Assembly: GCF_021869535.1 (NCBI RefSeq)
Contig: NW_026262668.1
Coordinates: 108,438,001-108,502,000 of the forward strand
Length of the DNA: 64,000 bases
Reading direction: 5' to 3'
Origin: Mytilus californianus
Taxonomy: Eukaryota
Under the pieces are notes generated by a model. The model was given only the letters and a program-made list of their open reading frames with translations. It did not search any database and was not told where the DNA came from. Positions 49,801 through 62,035 of the stretch are shown here, piece after piece (position 1 is the stretch's first letter; the number at the start of each line of letters is the position of its first letter). A program made the translations under genes and the position numbers.

Positions 49801-52800
49801 ACGATTCTTACTTAACTCGTTTTAATGTAAGTGTGGTTCTACTCACCCCTAAACTACTCTTTGAATGAAAATGGCGCTTGTTTTAAATATGATGAATAAT
49901 TAACAGGTGAAGAAAGCAAGATCGCTTTACTGGCATGAACATACGGATTTTGTGTTTTTAAAATTTACTGTTACAAACTTTTGGAAATTATTCTAAATTA
50001 AGGAATATATCTCCCTCACACAAAGCTCTGATTCCTTGCCCGACTTTGGCTATACTCTTTTGTCATTTTTGGTTTATAAGCTCTTCATATTTTTAATAAG
50101 CTTTGGATTTTCAAATATTTTGGCCTCAATGAATCATCACTGAAGAGACATTTATTGTCCAAATCCGCATCTGGTGCAGAAAAATTGGTACCTTTAATGT
50201 TATCACAAGACGTTTATTCCATGACCACTGAAATCCTCTTGATTTTGTGACAGATGCATGGACAAATTATCAAGAAACAACAAATTATCAAGAAACATCG
50301 ACAGAGCGAGCATATATGACTTATGGTTATCTCATTTACCCCCCCCCCCCCCCCCCCCCCCGATTTCAAATTAGGGGATATTTGAATATCTGTAATCGTT
50401 TAATTTGAACTATTTGTTTGTTTTGAAGAAAAGAAAAATTTCATTTAGAAAAGAAAAGTTTTCCCCCGTTTTACCTCCATTATAAAACAAGCGCCATTTT
50501 CGTTCAAAGAGTAGCTTAGGGGTGGGAAGACAGACTTACATTAAAACGTGTTAAGTAAGAATCGTGTTACGCTCGTTTATGCTTAAAAAGATGCAAAGAA
50601 TTCTTACTAAAGGACAAAAAATTAAGATGTTTTCGAATTAGCCGAATTGATAAGTTTATGATAAGGGGATGCGAAGAATTCCCTTAAATCCGTAAGAAAT
50701 TGGAATGCTCGTTCTCCATAACCAAATGTCTCGACTGTCGATAGTGTTGCTATCCTTTTACTGCATGCAACCACTTAAAGTAACTAGAATCTTTTAAAAG
50801 CCTGTACCGTTTACTTTGATATAATGGCCACTGTCTAAACCATAATAAAACATTTAGATTCTCGGTAATTATTAAACCGGCCTTTTAGTTTTATAGGATT
50901 CTTAAGAAAAATTTCCATTTAATTTAGAATAATTCAGAATTAATTATTTTTTTCTGGCTATGCGTAAAGCGCCCGGTTTTCAGCCCAATTTTTGAATGAA
51001 AGAGGAATGCTTATAAAAGACCTCATCCTTTAACACTTGCAAGAATAAGTTTCTGAGATTTCTTATAAAACTGTATATGTATGTTAATTTAAGTTGTATG
51101 GCACATTGCTGACATATATGATACCCACATTTCTAGTCTCGTGTGATTTAGAATTTGTGTTATTTTACAGACGCTTGTCTAGTGTTTATTATCGTATATT
51201 GACCTCTAGATGTGTTTTGTGTCATTGATGTGCTGTCTCATTGACGTTCACCCAAATATTCTTTTCTTCAAAATCAATTATTTATTTATTCCGGACTACC
51301 AATGTAGTTTCACAAAAACATGAAATGTGATTTAAGAAAAAAAAAAAGTCTTTGTAGAGTGTCTTCCAGTCATCAACTCTATGAAGCCTTATATGCTTTG
51401 GTCTTATAGTATCCTCTGTGAAGAAATTTGAAAATTGACCATTCCGAATAAAGAATCGACTCTGGTGGCAATACATAGGGAAATGTTTTACATAATCAAA
51501 ATAAAATGAGTTACTGTCATGAATGATCTTCGATATATTCTGACAAGTTTGGTTCGAATCGGTCGTGTATACTCATTAGTTTCACAACACAAGCTGAAAT
51601 GAGATTTCGCAAAAAGTTAAATTAAAACTATGTTTCATCATGACCGTCCTGTATTCGACAGGAAAAGTACGAAAAGAGGATTATTTATAGAAAATTTTCA
51701 AATCATCATGACTATGAAGTTTGAAAATATTTAGTATTTCTTTGGGAAAAGTAAGGCTTCGGAAGAAACAAAATTTGAAAAATTAACAATGTTGATCAAG
51801 AACGACCTCAGACAACAATGTTTCTGTGCCTGCTATATGATTCAGTATGAAGCAATGATCTTTCCATAAGAAGATTTGGAAATGATAGTTAAGCCTATAT
51901 AAATTAAGGTATATCTTAACATCAACAAAAAAAACAAGTTTTTTATTTTTATTTTATACATGTATTTTGATGTTATATTTGTTCTTGTGCAATGTTGTTA
52001 TTTTATTATACATGTATTGTTAAATATTTGTGGATCACTTGTGGTGTTGCATAATGGGTGCTTCATGTTTTCCTATTTAAAAAAACATTGTCTGCTATTC
52101 TCATCAATCTGAAGTCTGCAAATGATTGTCGTATAAAACAGCTTCAATTTTGTTTATATGTATAATAAGTTATAAGCGAAAAATATTCGATCATTTATAG
52201 TTCTCATCTTTCATTTGGATGTTTGTTGTTCACTTGTTTGTTTGGTGTGATCTCTCTTTTTCAAATTTAAAAATTAAGCAAAAAACAGGGTTTTTTTTTT
52301 AAATGTTATGTTGACAAATAAAAAATCTTAAACATTTATATTGAATGCTGAAAATTAAACTATGAAAATAAGGAGATCATGTATTATTGCCATTGACACA
52401 ACTATCCACAAAAAAATCAAAGGACAATTATGTGAACAACTACAGGTCACCGTACGGCCTTCAACAATGAACAAAAACAACACCGCATAGTTAGTAGGCC
52501 GTGTTAAACATAGTTGTAAGCTTTCAGCCCTCCCCTGACCTTGGGCAGTGGAATAGCAACACAACATATGTACAAATTTTTAAATTCAGTTGGAAAAAAC
52601 ACGACTCGTTATATTGGCAGTAAATACAAAAACGCCTAACAAAAAGACATAAAAACACAAAGTACCGATCTAAGAATACTCGCTGTTACTGAAAGCTAGT
52701 TCAATGCCCAAATTTTAACTAATAGATAAACCATGTTTTACCAGACTAAATAATCAATTATTACACCTCCAACGTGTTTGTTTTATGCCAAAATAATAGT

Positions 52801-55800
52801 CATAGAGTATAGAGTTTCCCGTGTAAAACTTAAATATCCAAATCAAGAAACTTACAATCATTGCTGTTCATGTTAGATTTTTTTTAAGTAAGTTCCCCTG
52901 GAGTAAATTTCCGCAGTTTAGAAAATTCTTGATTGTTAAAAGCAAGATATAACCAAGAAAAAGTTAAGTGTTATTAAATTTTCTATTAAACGGATCTTCG
53001 TAGAGTTTCACAATACACTGTGATCCATGACAACACATGTACAAGTCTGCTATTAAAGGGGCACAACTAGTGCTCATAGGAATACCTACAACCTATCGAT
53101 AAAATATATTGCCGAAACATACATTAATATTGTCAAGGAGAATACTAATAGCTGTTATCATTTTATCACAGTTCAAGTAAATATATCTACCATATTTATC
53201 TTTTCTATTTTATAATAAAAGGCTGAATATGAGTTGCAGCGAATACATTTGCAATCAAAGGTCCATTTGAATAAATAAGAAAGCTTCTATTTGATAAGAT
53301 TGTGTGGGAGTGTAGTTTAAATGATCGAAAAGACAAAACTGTCTACCGAAAAGGAACCATTAAAAGCACGTATTTCTTCACACTCAAAAAAAAAAATTCC
53401 ATTGTATGCATATGCTTCATTAAAGTAATAAAAATAAGTTCCTTTGATATTAGCCAGGGAACTAGTTAAAAGGACGGAACGATTAGTTATAGAATACTAT
53501 GTAGAAGCATAGATGAAACGATATTTGACCGGGGCATTTTTTGCGTATTTTATGTACCCAAGACATAGTAGAGACTACTGAATGTTTAGAAAAGGCCTTA
53601 AACTGAGATGTGGTTATGATATAAGTGTCTACTATTTGACTATCCGTGGAGCGCACGACCTTGAATGTAGAAAAATTTATAATTTCATTCTTAGAAACGC
53701 CCGTGAAATTATAAATTTTTCGGTACGAACACAAAACGTTGTCAAAGTACTTTAAGTATATTTCTTATCCTATAAATGAACGTATTGTTGTTAACCTTTA
53801 AATTCATTTCTAAATTATATCCATGCGTTTCTTCAAATAAGAAACTAGTGATTTTTATCAGACTTCCAAATTTTTATAAAAGGACGAAGGAACATCTTTA
53901 ATTACGATCACCAAAAATAACGTTCGTTGTAAACATTTGTTGTTAGTTTTACCAAGGATTTGTATCGTCTTACTATACAAATCCTTGGTTTTACATATTA
54001 CTTTTCTTCTCATACTAGTAGTTGAAAATAATTATAATTTTTATGACACCTTTTTTGTCCAATCGAATAACTCATATATCCAGGTAAAAACAAGAAAAAG
54101 GATACAAAAGCTGCACAGGTCGTAGAACTCCATTTAGGAACAACAGTGCTACCACTTAAAGATGCTCGTGCTGTATTAAGTCTGATAGAACAGTTGAAAA
54201 CCGACCAGAAATATTCCGCCACACTGGGTTTTTTGTCAGATTTGTTCCGGAAGTTGAATACGTTGGAAGATGGACAATTCTCCAGAATAGAGATTGACAT
54301 GACAGTTAGACAATACCAAGACTATACCGATGGATTTCAATACAGACTTACTGTAAAACCAGTGGGTAAGTCAGTATTAGGATCATACTAGCGGATTTAA
54401 GAATATATGCTACAAAACAGATATAAAGCGCGGCTATATATGACACAAAAAGAAAGTTGTTGATGTAAGTACTACACTGAAATACTCAAAACCAAGATAA
54501 AAAACTTTGAGTACGTTTATACTTGCAACTTCTACTGAAGAATAGTATGTAGATAAACACACTTCATCATCCCTTCTGAAATTCTTTATCTGCATCCAGT
54601 AAATTTTCAACTATAAATATTTCAGTTATTCTGACGTTAATATGATCTTTGTATCATCGTAACTTGTATGGTATAAAATGCTAGTATAAGGGAACGACCA
54701 TTTAACTTCAAGGGGGGTTATGTTTTTTTCCTAAAAAAATATTCTGATCCCCAATTTGATGAAAAAAAATATTGTGGTCAAGCAGATGACAAAAAAAAAA
54801 TTCTGAATCCAGATTTTCCTCATACCTTATAGTGTTAAGTTTTGAAAATTTTCTGACTCAGACAAAACCATAACCCCCCCCCCCCCCCCTTGAAGTTAAA
54901 TGGTTGCTCCCTAACACAATGAGAACATTTGTTTTATGTATGAAATCATTGACAAGATTAATCAAACACGATTTATACGAAAGTTCAAATTACTCTAGTG
55001 TGATGATTAATTATTATAGATATATTTTCTGAAATATATTCTACTAATTTTTCGTTGAAAATAAAGGTGTTATTTTGTCTATAAAATATATATATATTGA
55101 AGTCGTGTATAAGAGGTATTAAAACAAATACAGTCGACTAGTATAAACAATGGAGTAACTAAATTAATACTTTATAGAATTTATCTGTCAAAACAGTGCA
55201 TGTTAATGACGACGGCAATATGTGTCAAAATGAAGCTTTACAATGCTGGTTCTAATGGTTTTTGTCAAAACAGTGCTTGAAAATGATGGTTCAAATGATA
55301 TATGCCAAAGCAGTGCCCCATAATAATGGCTCTTATGATATTTGTTAAAAAATGTCCGATAACGACGGTTAAATTGTACTTGTAAAAAATATATTTTGCC
55401 AAAACAGTGCAATACTGGTATAACATTGGTACTGATGGTATATGTAACATATAATGATGGTTTCAACGATATGTGTGAAAACATTAACAGATAATGATGG
55501 TTACAAATGATATTTGTCAAAATGTTGGTTTCCTTGGCATTTTTCAAATTTCTGCCTGATAAAGATGGTTCCAACGATATATGTCAAAACAGTGCAAATT
55601 AATGAGGTATCTAAAAAAAAATTGTCCAAACACTGCCAGAAAATGATATTTCCAATAGTGTTTGTCAAGCAGTGACATGTAACGATGGTTACAATGACAT
55701 GTGTCAAAACACTGCCTGAAAATGAAGGTTCTTATATTTTTAGTATTTGTCAAAACAATGTCTGACATTAATGGTGCCTATGGCATCATGTATCAAAACA

Positions 55801-58800
55801 CTGCCTGATAATAATGGTTCCTATGGTATTTGTCAAAACACTGCCTGATAATTTTAGTTCCAATGGTATACGTTAAAATACTGCCTGATAATGATGTTTC
55901 CTATGGTATTTGTCAAACACTGCCTGAAAATGATAGTTCCAATTGTATTTGTCAAAACTCTGCCTGATAATGATAGTTTTAAGGGCATTTGTCAAAAACT
56001 GACTGATAATGCTAGTACTATGATAATTGTCAAAACACTGCCCGGTAATGATGGTTCCATTAATATTTGTCAACACAGTGCCTGATAATGACAGTTTCAA
56101 TGATATTTGTCAAAACACTGCCTGATATTATGCGTCCTAATGTATTATTCAAAACACTGCCTAATGATAACGGTTTTAATGGTTTTAGTTTAAAAAAATA
56201 TCTGAAAATGATGGTTCCAATAGTGTTTGTAAAAAAGTGCTAAATTACGAAGGTTCCAATAGAAAAATAAATTTCATAAATTTAGTTTATTTTAGGTTAC
56301 TGTTTATTGATAACGAATAGTGAATTTTATCAAGTTCCGGGATGCCCAATCAGTAAAAAAATGCCTAACAGACCAGGTGTGGAAGGCGATGCCAGTAAGT
56401 ATGTACGCTTCTCATGGAGTACAATTAAACAAGTAAACTACTTATAGTAATTGCATACATTGAAATCGTTTGATGATCACTATCAAACATATTTCTTTTA
56501 ACATTACGTGTTAAGCCGACGAGTATATCATTGTCCAAGATATCTTAAAAATGTATCGAAACATTTGAATGTACTTATAAATTAAAGTATAGAAAGAACT
56601 TAGAAAGGCTGTACTTGACTTTTGTTAAACCGATATTTTACTTGAATGTAAATTTTGGGAAAGTATGGGTGTCGGTTATTGTAACAAATTAGAGCAATTG
56701 CAGCTTGAGGTTGCCAGAATTGTAACAGGTCTTCTTATTTTTACTAGAGGTAGAATTATTTATAATGAAATTGGTTGGGAAACTCTAGCTGAACGAAGAG
56801 AAAGGAGGAAGTTACAATTATTTTATAAAATTCAACATAATTATGTATATAATGTATAATAATATATAATAATAATAATGTAATTCCACCAACAATCCAA
56901 AGTACAGCTGTTTACCCTTACGTAATGGGAATGATATAATATTACCTTTTCGTAGACTCTCATTGATCCATGAATCTTTCTTACTTTCATCTATACGACT
57001 GTAGAACTATCTAAATGATTTTATATGCAAAATTAAAAAAAAAATACTTCAAAAGCCCAAGAACCTAAAACATTGTTAAGTTGAAAATCGTAAACACAAC
57101 ATCATTTTGCTCATCTTCATTTTTTGGGATATGTTAATGGTCTCCGTCCGTCCGTCTGAAACACATCAATACTCTTATGTTAGTCTTGTATGTTTTTTTT
57201 TTTATTTTGGCTCATTTATATGTTTTGGAGTTTAGTGTAACGTCCATTTTCGCTGAACTAGTACGGCTGTTTTCTGCTCTTTGGTCGGGTTGTTGTCTCT
57301 TTGACACATTGCCAGTTTCCTTTCTCAATTTTATCTAAGACCGTTTTGAAAAAAACTTTCATACTATGTAGGATTATTTGTCGTCATATTCTCTTGACCC
57401 CGTTGTAGCGTCAGTTTGATTTTCCAATTTTTCCTTAATTTATGAGACTTTGATAATTTTTGGAGTATTGTGACAATAACACCTTGTGAAGGCAACACCT
57501 CTCAGTGAGACCATTTGACAGAAAGCTCTCATAATAGTACAAAATTATACCACCATTTTGATTTGCCGTTTTTCACGTCTGCAATGGGACTGTCACTTTT
57601 TTTTTAATATTGTAACAATGACACACTTTTAAAGGCAACTCCTCTCAGACCTTTCGTGCGTAAATGACCAATATATATCGTCATTTTGATCCGAACATTT
57701 TTATGGAAGATATGGAGACTTTGACTATTTTTTAGCATTGTTACAATTACACCTTGTGAACGCAACTCCTCTGATACCTTATGACAAAGAGCTCTCATAC
57801 TTGGTGAGATTGTTTGCAATCTTGTTTGTTGCCTATATTATACCGTCATGACAATTGACCATTTCTACGGGAGTTAGGGACTTTGAACGCAAATTTTCTG
57901 AGACCGTTAAGCAGAAAGGTTCATAACTTGCAGGGTCATGTGTAGTTGACCTTATTATGCCGTTATTTTTATTTGACCATTTTACGGGAGTTATGGGAAT
58001 TTGACTATATTTACTTTTTGTGAACGCAACATCTCAGACGCCATTTGACAGAAGCTCACTAGGTAGGTTTGTTTGCCATCATGTTTTGTTGACCATATTG
58101 ATACCGTTAATTTGATTTGACGATTTCTATGGGTGTTATAAGACTTTTACCACATTTTGACTATTGTACCGTACTGACACATTGTGACATATTTCTAATT
58201 TATACTTTCGCTACGGCGTAGAAATCTTGTTGAATTATTATCTTTATAGAGTTAATATTATTTTAGATCCGTCTTGTCGTTATGGTGCGTGAAGATTCTT
58301 AATACATCTGTTTATAAATTCCAAATTATGCTTATTTAAGAAATATACTATCTAAAAATCTGAACTGGTTACCAGAGAACTGTCCACTAAATTTTAACAT
58401 CTGAACCCCCGGCCATAATTATATCACTAACTAATGATCAAAACGAAATCATATAAAAATGATAACCCCTTCAGATAGGCAGTACACAAAACATTATTTG
58501 TATTTCAGAGCGACTAGAGGGACTTATGTCAACGATTGGTTATAAAGTAATTAGAAAGGATAATCTGAAGAAATGGGAGATTGAGCGTGAAATGAAAGCT
58601 ATGGCAGAAGCTGATCAGAAGAAATTCGACTGTTTTGTTTGTATTATTTCAAGTCACGGGACAGCCAACAAAGTTTACGGCAGTGACGGATATGATCTCA
58701 TGTTAGGTCCCCAGTTAAAAAGATTCAGTGTGGATACGTGTCCAGACCTTCAAGGAAAACCGAAAATATTTTTGTTTCAGGCGTGCAACATAGAAACGGA

Positions 58801-61800
58801 AGGTACTTCACTACGCTATTTACGTTTTTGTGTGATAATAATTGTTTACTGTGTGCAGCATATTGATAACCTCTACAGTAAAGATATTTGAGTATATTGT
58901 ACTTTTTTTTAACAGCGGATGACCGTGAGGGCATTCCGTAGTCAGTATGTTGCCGCAGACATTTCTACCCACGTGACTTGCGTTTTTGACTGATTTATAA
59001 CCGAACGTATTTCGTATAATTACGCGGATATTATCGAGTGCAAAGTAACATTCCTTATCGCTTGTTATATTATATTAATTTCATCAATAAATATTCATGA
59101 AAATAATTTTTAAGAACATAGATAAATGATATGAAAATGTTTTATCGTGAGAAATATATATATCAATAACAAATCAAGAATACCGAAAATTTTTGTTAAC
59201 GCATGCGGAAGAATATCTCAAGAACGTTTTGTAACAAACGCGGGAAAATATGAATGCCTTCTCAAATCCAATCTATTAGAAAATCGAATTATTACAGATG
59301 AGTGTCCACAATGCACTTGCACTGCACTATCATTAGAATAGTAGAATAGAATGATATACAAATGGATGAAAATTATATATAACTGTTATACAAATATTAA
59401 TATAATATATAACAACAAACCAGAGTATACTGATAACAAATGATAATATCACTACAATATAATAGTTATAACGGTGAGGTTCAATTCCTTGTCATTTATT
59501 CATCATCCACACAGGAACTTGTCTCCGAAAAAAATATATCTATGTTCCTTAACCTAACTTTCAGGTATAGAGATGTGATTTTTTTTTCTGAGACAAGTGC
59601 TTGTGACCATCCACCAGAACTTGCGGTCATCCGATGTTCAGTACTTCAGTACTTTGATTAATTGATAATTTGTTAGCCTACTAGGGGTCCTTCAACATAT
59701 TTTCACGTATTGTGCGTCAATTCTTTCTTTATTTGTGTATTCCTATGAAGCAAATGAATACAAAACTGTGGAAAAGACTTAAATTTCAGCTTCCGCTATG
59801 TGGATGATAAATTGTCTCTTAAAATAACTAATAATGATAACAGATTACCTTCATTCTTTCAATCGTCCTGAATATGCATGAAATATTTGCCACTGGACGT
59901 TAAGCAACCAACAATCAATCAATCAATCATTCTTTCAATCCAAATGGCCTCTCAATTATACAACTAAGTCTGTTTGAATTTGATAGAAAATGAAGTTAAG
60001 AAGAAAAAGAAAAACGTATTACAAACAATATTTCCGTTTCCAAAAAAGTGACTTTTTCTGTTATGTGCAATAATATTCCTAACACTCTACGTGAAAGTGT
60101 TTACATTCAATCAATTCGCTAATGAAAAGCTAGCGTCAACTGCAAGGGTTTGACAGAACTACCTATGTCGGATAAAAATCATAGTTTTATAGTCGCCATC
60201 ACAAGCTGAATAAACCATTACATAAGAGTCCTCCACATATTTTCTTTATTTATTCCTGGTTCTCATCTGAAATATGGCTCGTTACCGGCTTAGATCACTG
60301 GACCATACCTACGATTAGTGTCTAATACATAGAAGGCTATACGTACTTTATGTCACACCTGGTGACTATTGACGGTTCTCAATGAACTGACTCCCGTTTC
60401 CATATGCAAATTTTTATGTATTAATAGTGCGCTAGTTTTTGTCTTTTAAGTTTTTTTCCGACATTTTGATATCACGTTTAACATCCAGTCTTTAAATCTA
60501 TTTGTTTACCACACCTCTAAGTGCATAGGGGTATTTCCCTTACTTACAATACAATATGACTAATCTGTTGATATTTCAGATAAGATGCAAAAAACATTGC
60601 AGCCCCTTATAAATGAGACGGACTTTCTGTATGGTTTTTCGACACTGCCGGGCCATCTAGCATACAACCCAAAAGACGGGGAAAAGACTGGATCATATTA
60701 CCTCTACTCACTATATAAACATCTCAGTGATAAATACAAAGCGTAAGTTAATGATAACTAACCTAGTAACTAACACGTAATGTTCAACGAATTGGAACGT
60801 TTATAAAATGTTCAGAGTTCGTATAGCGGTGTGTGGAAAGGATTAGAAACAGTTAAGTCCATTATGAGTAATCTGACCAAAGTTAAACTTGAAAGATGTC
60901 TGTTCAAACGTTGCTTAAGTCCGATACGTTCAGAAAAAATATCATAAAGTTTACGAAATACTAAAAGAAATGCAACTTATAAAATATAAATTATAAAATC
61001 AGGAGTTATCAAATTATCCTGTAATTTTAAGATTGATTTTTTATAATGGAAAGGCGTGATCCTTACCCAAATGCCAACCGAAAGTAATGTTTCCCAGACA
61101 AAAAAAATGGAAATACTTGGCTTCTGATCTTCTATGATGTCAAACCCTCTTGCTGTCTAGAGATTTCTTATTGTCAGGTCGCGCAAACTGTTCTGTAATG
61201 TTTTGCGTTTAAGACATTTCAAATTGTATGTACTACTGGAAAATGTAAACTTATCACCATCAAAGGAAGCTTTGTGTTTAGAGTACCGTGATACTCTAAA
61301 CACAAAGGGTTAAGGAAAAAGGTAGGAAAACACGAAGGCGACGGAGATATGTAGTCAAAAGAAGTTAGGAAAGGTGAGCGATGGAAGTTATTAATATTGT
61401 ATAACTATCACAAAACTGATTACGATCGCTGGTGGATAACTCGGCCTTACGTGGTCATTAATACACATATTTCAGAAAATATCAACAAAAAATATCTATG
61501 AAATAAAGTTTAACTTAGATGCACAAGATATTCTAAACATGTGTTTATGTTATATAAAGGGGAATCGTAATATTTTGAATGAGGAATAATGACTGCTCAG
61601 TATTGGATATTTTTGTGAATTTCTCGTATTTACTTTTATATTGTTGGTATGGCCTTTTTTTTTTGGTAAACTGCCTGGTGTTTTAATGACTGGCGAATGT
61701 AAAGAAGTTTTTATGGTGTTAAGTCTCTATTGCTTATCATTGGTATACAAGCAGAGAGAACTTTGTTTGACAATGAATGGCTGATAAATAAGAAATTTAA

Positions 61801-62035
61801 AAATTTGAGGTTTGTGTGTATATGTTTGTGTGAATAAAACCAGATGTTGTGTAAAATTGTTATATGTATATCCTTGTTGTTGAATTATATCATATATTGT
61901 AGGTGCGATTTGGTTGCAATTCTTGAGGACATGAATAGAGAATTGGCAGAAAAGAAGTCAGAACTTAGACCTAATGATTTAGGATCCGTAACAATGTTTG
62001 TTGATTGTCTCAGAGGTCATTTATTTTTTCAGTGA
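43897..62035 (+). CDS. Gene 4: caspase paralog of gene 3 with intact His/Cys dyad, ~357 aa
   Basis: Firm exons 54084-54365, 56296-56394, 58509-58802, 60580-60742, 61903-62035; tentative phase-compatible 5' exons 43897-43935 and 45625-45688. Motifs GYCLLITN, NRPGVEGD, ISSHG (His 58655), KPKIFLFQACNI (Cys 58784), DFLYGFSTLPG, LRGHLFF*. Confidence 0.85.
48455..49523. mobile_element. PIF/Harbinger-like non-autonomous element with a nested repeat
   Basis: Perfect 16-bp TIR GGGCCAGTATCATGAA / TTCATGATACTGGCCC with CTG on both flanks. Confidence 0.8.
49664..50701. repeat. ~220-bp inverted repeat (49664-49885 / 50483-50701) with ~600-bp spacer
   Basis: aatttcttacggatttaagggaattct...gcgcttgtttta versus taaaacaagcgcc...gaattcccttaaatccgtaagaaatt. 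Confidence 0.85.
50134..50177 (+). ncRNA. Degenerate hammerhead motif, third repeat family
   Basis: CATCA CTGAAGA GAC-ATTTATT-GTC CAAA TCCGCA TC TGGTG; core GAAA is CAAA here, so it is predicted inactive. Confidence 0.55.
54690..54911. mobile_element. 222-bp Harbinger-like MITE (a related single end lies at ~6140-6376)
   Basis: GGGAACGACCATTTAACTTCAAGGGGGG / CCCCCCTTGAAGTTAAATGGTTGCTCCC, with TAA on both flanks. Confidence 0.8.
55190..56260. repeat. Minisatellite, ~40-bp unit ATAATGATGGTTCCAATGATATTTGTCAAAACACTGCCTG
   Basis: About 25 degenerate tandem copies; period 40 visible at 55801/55841. Confidence 0.9.
56575..57110 (+). mobile_element. CR1-type LINE ORF2 C-terminal fragment
   Basis: KLEQLQLEVARIVTGL...GWETLAERRERRKLQLFYKI...IPPTIQST.VYPLRNG.DII.PF.RLS. 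Confidence 0.8.
57105..58230 (-). mobile_element. HINE-type element with tandem core repeats and a nested repeat
   Basis: Ends in tcttgtt (reverse complement AACAAGA), ccgt microsatellite, three to four cores ttgtgaacgcaactcctc...gacagaaagctc. Confidence 0.65.
59865..59926 (+). mobile_element. 5'-truncated retroposon tail with 14-bp target-site duplication
   Basis: TCATTCTTTCAATC at 59851 and 59927 flanks gtcctgaatatgcatg...(caat)n; a similar decayed tail lies at ~8355-8410. Confidence 0.8.

Noticed and set aside
4322-62035. Assigning CASP3, CASP8 or CFLAR symbols
   Set aside because: There are no DED/CARD prodomains or canonical QACRG/QACQG context that would justify orthology; these look like lineage-specific paralogs.
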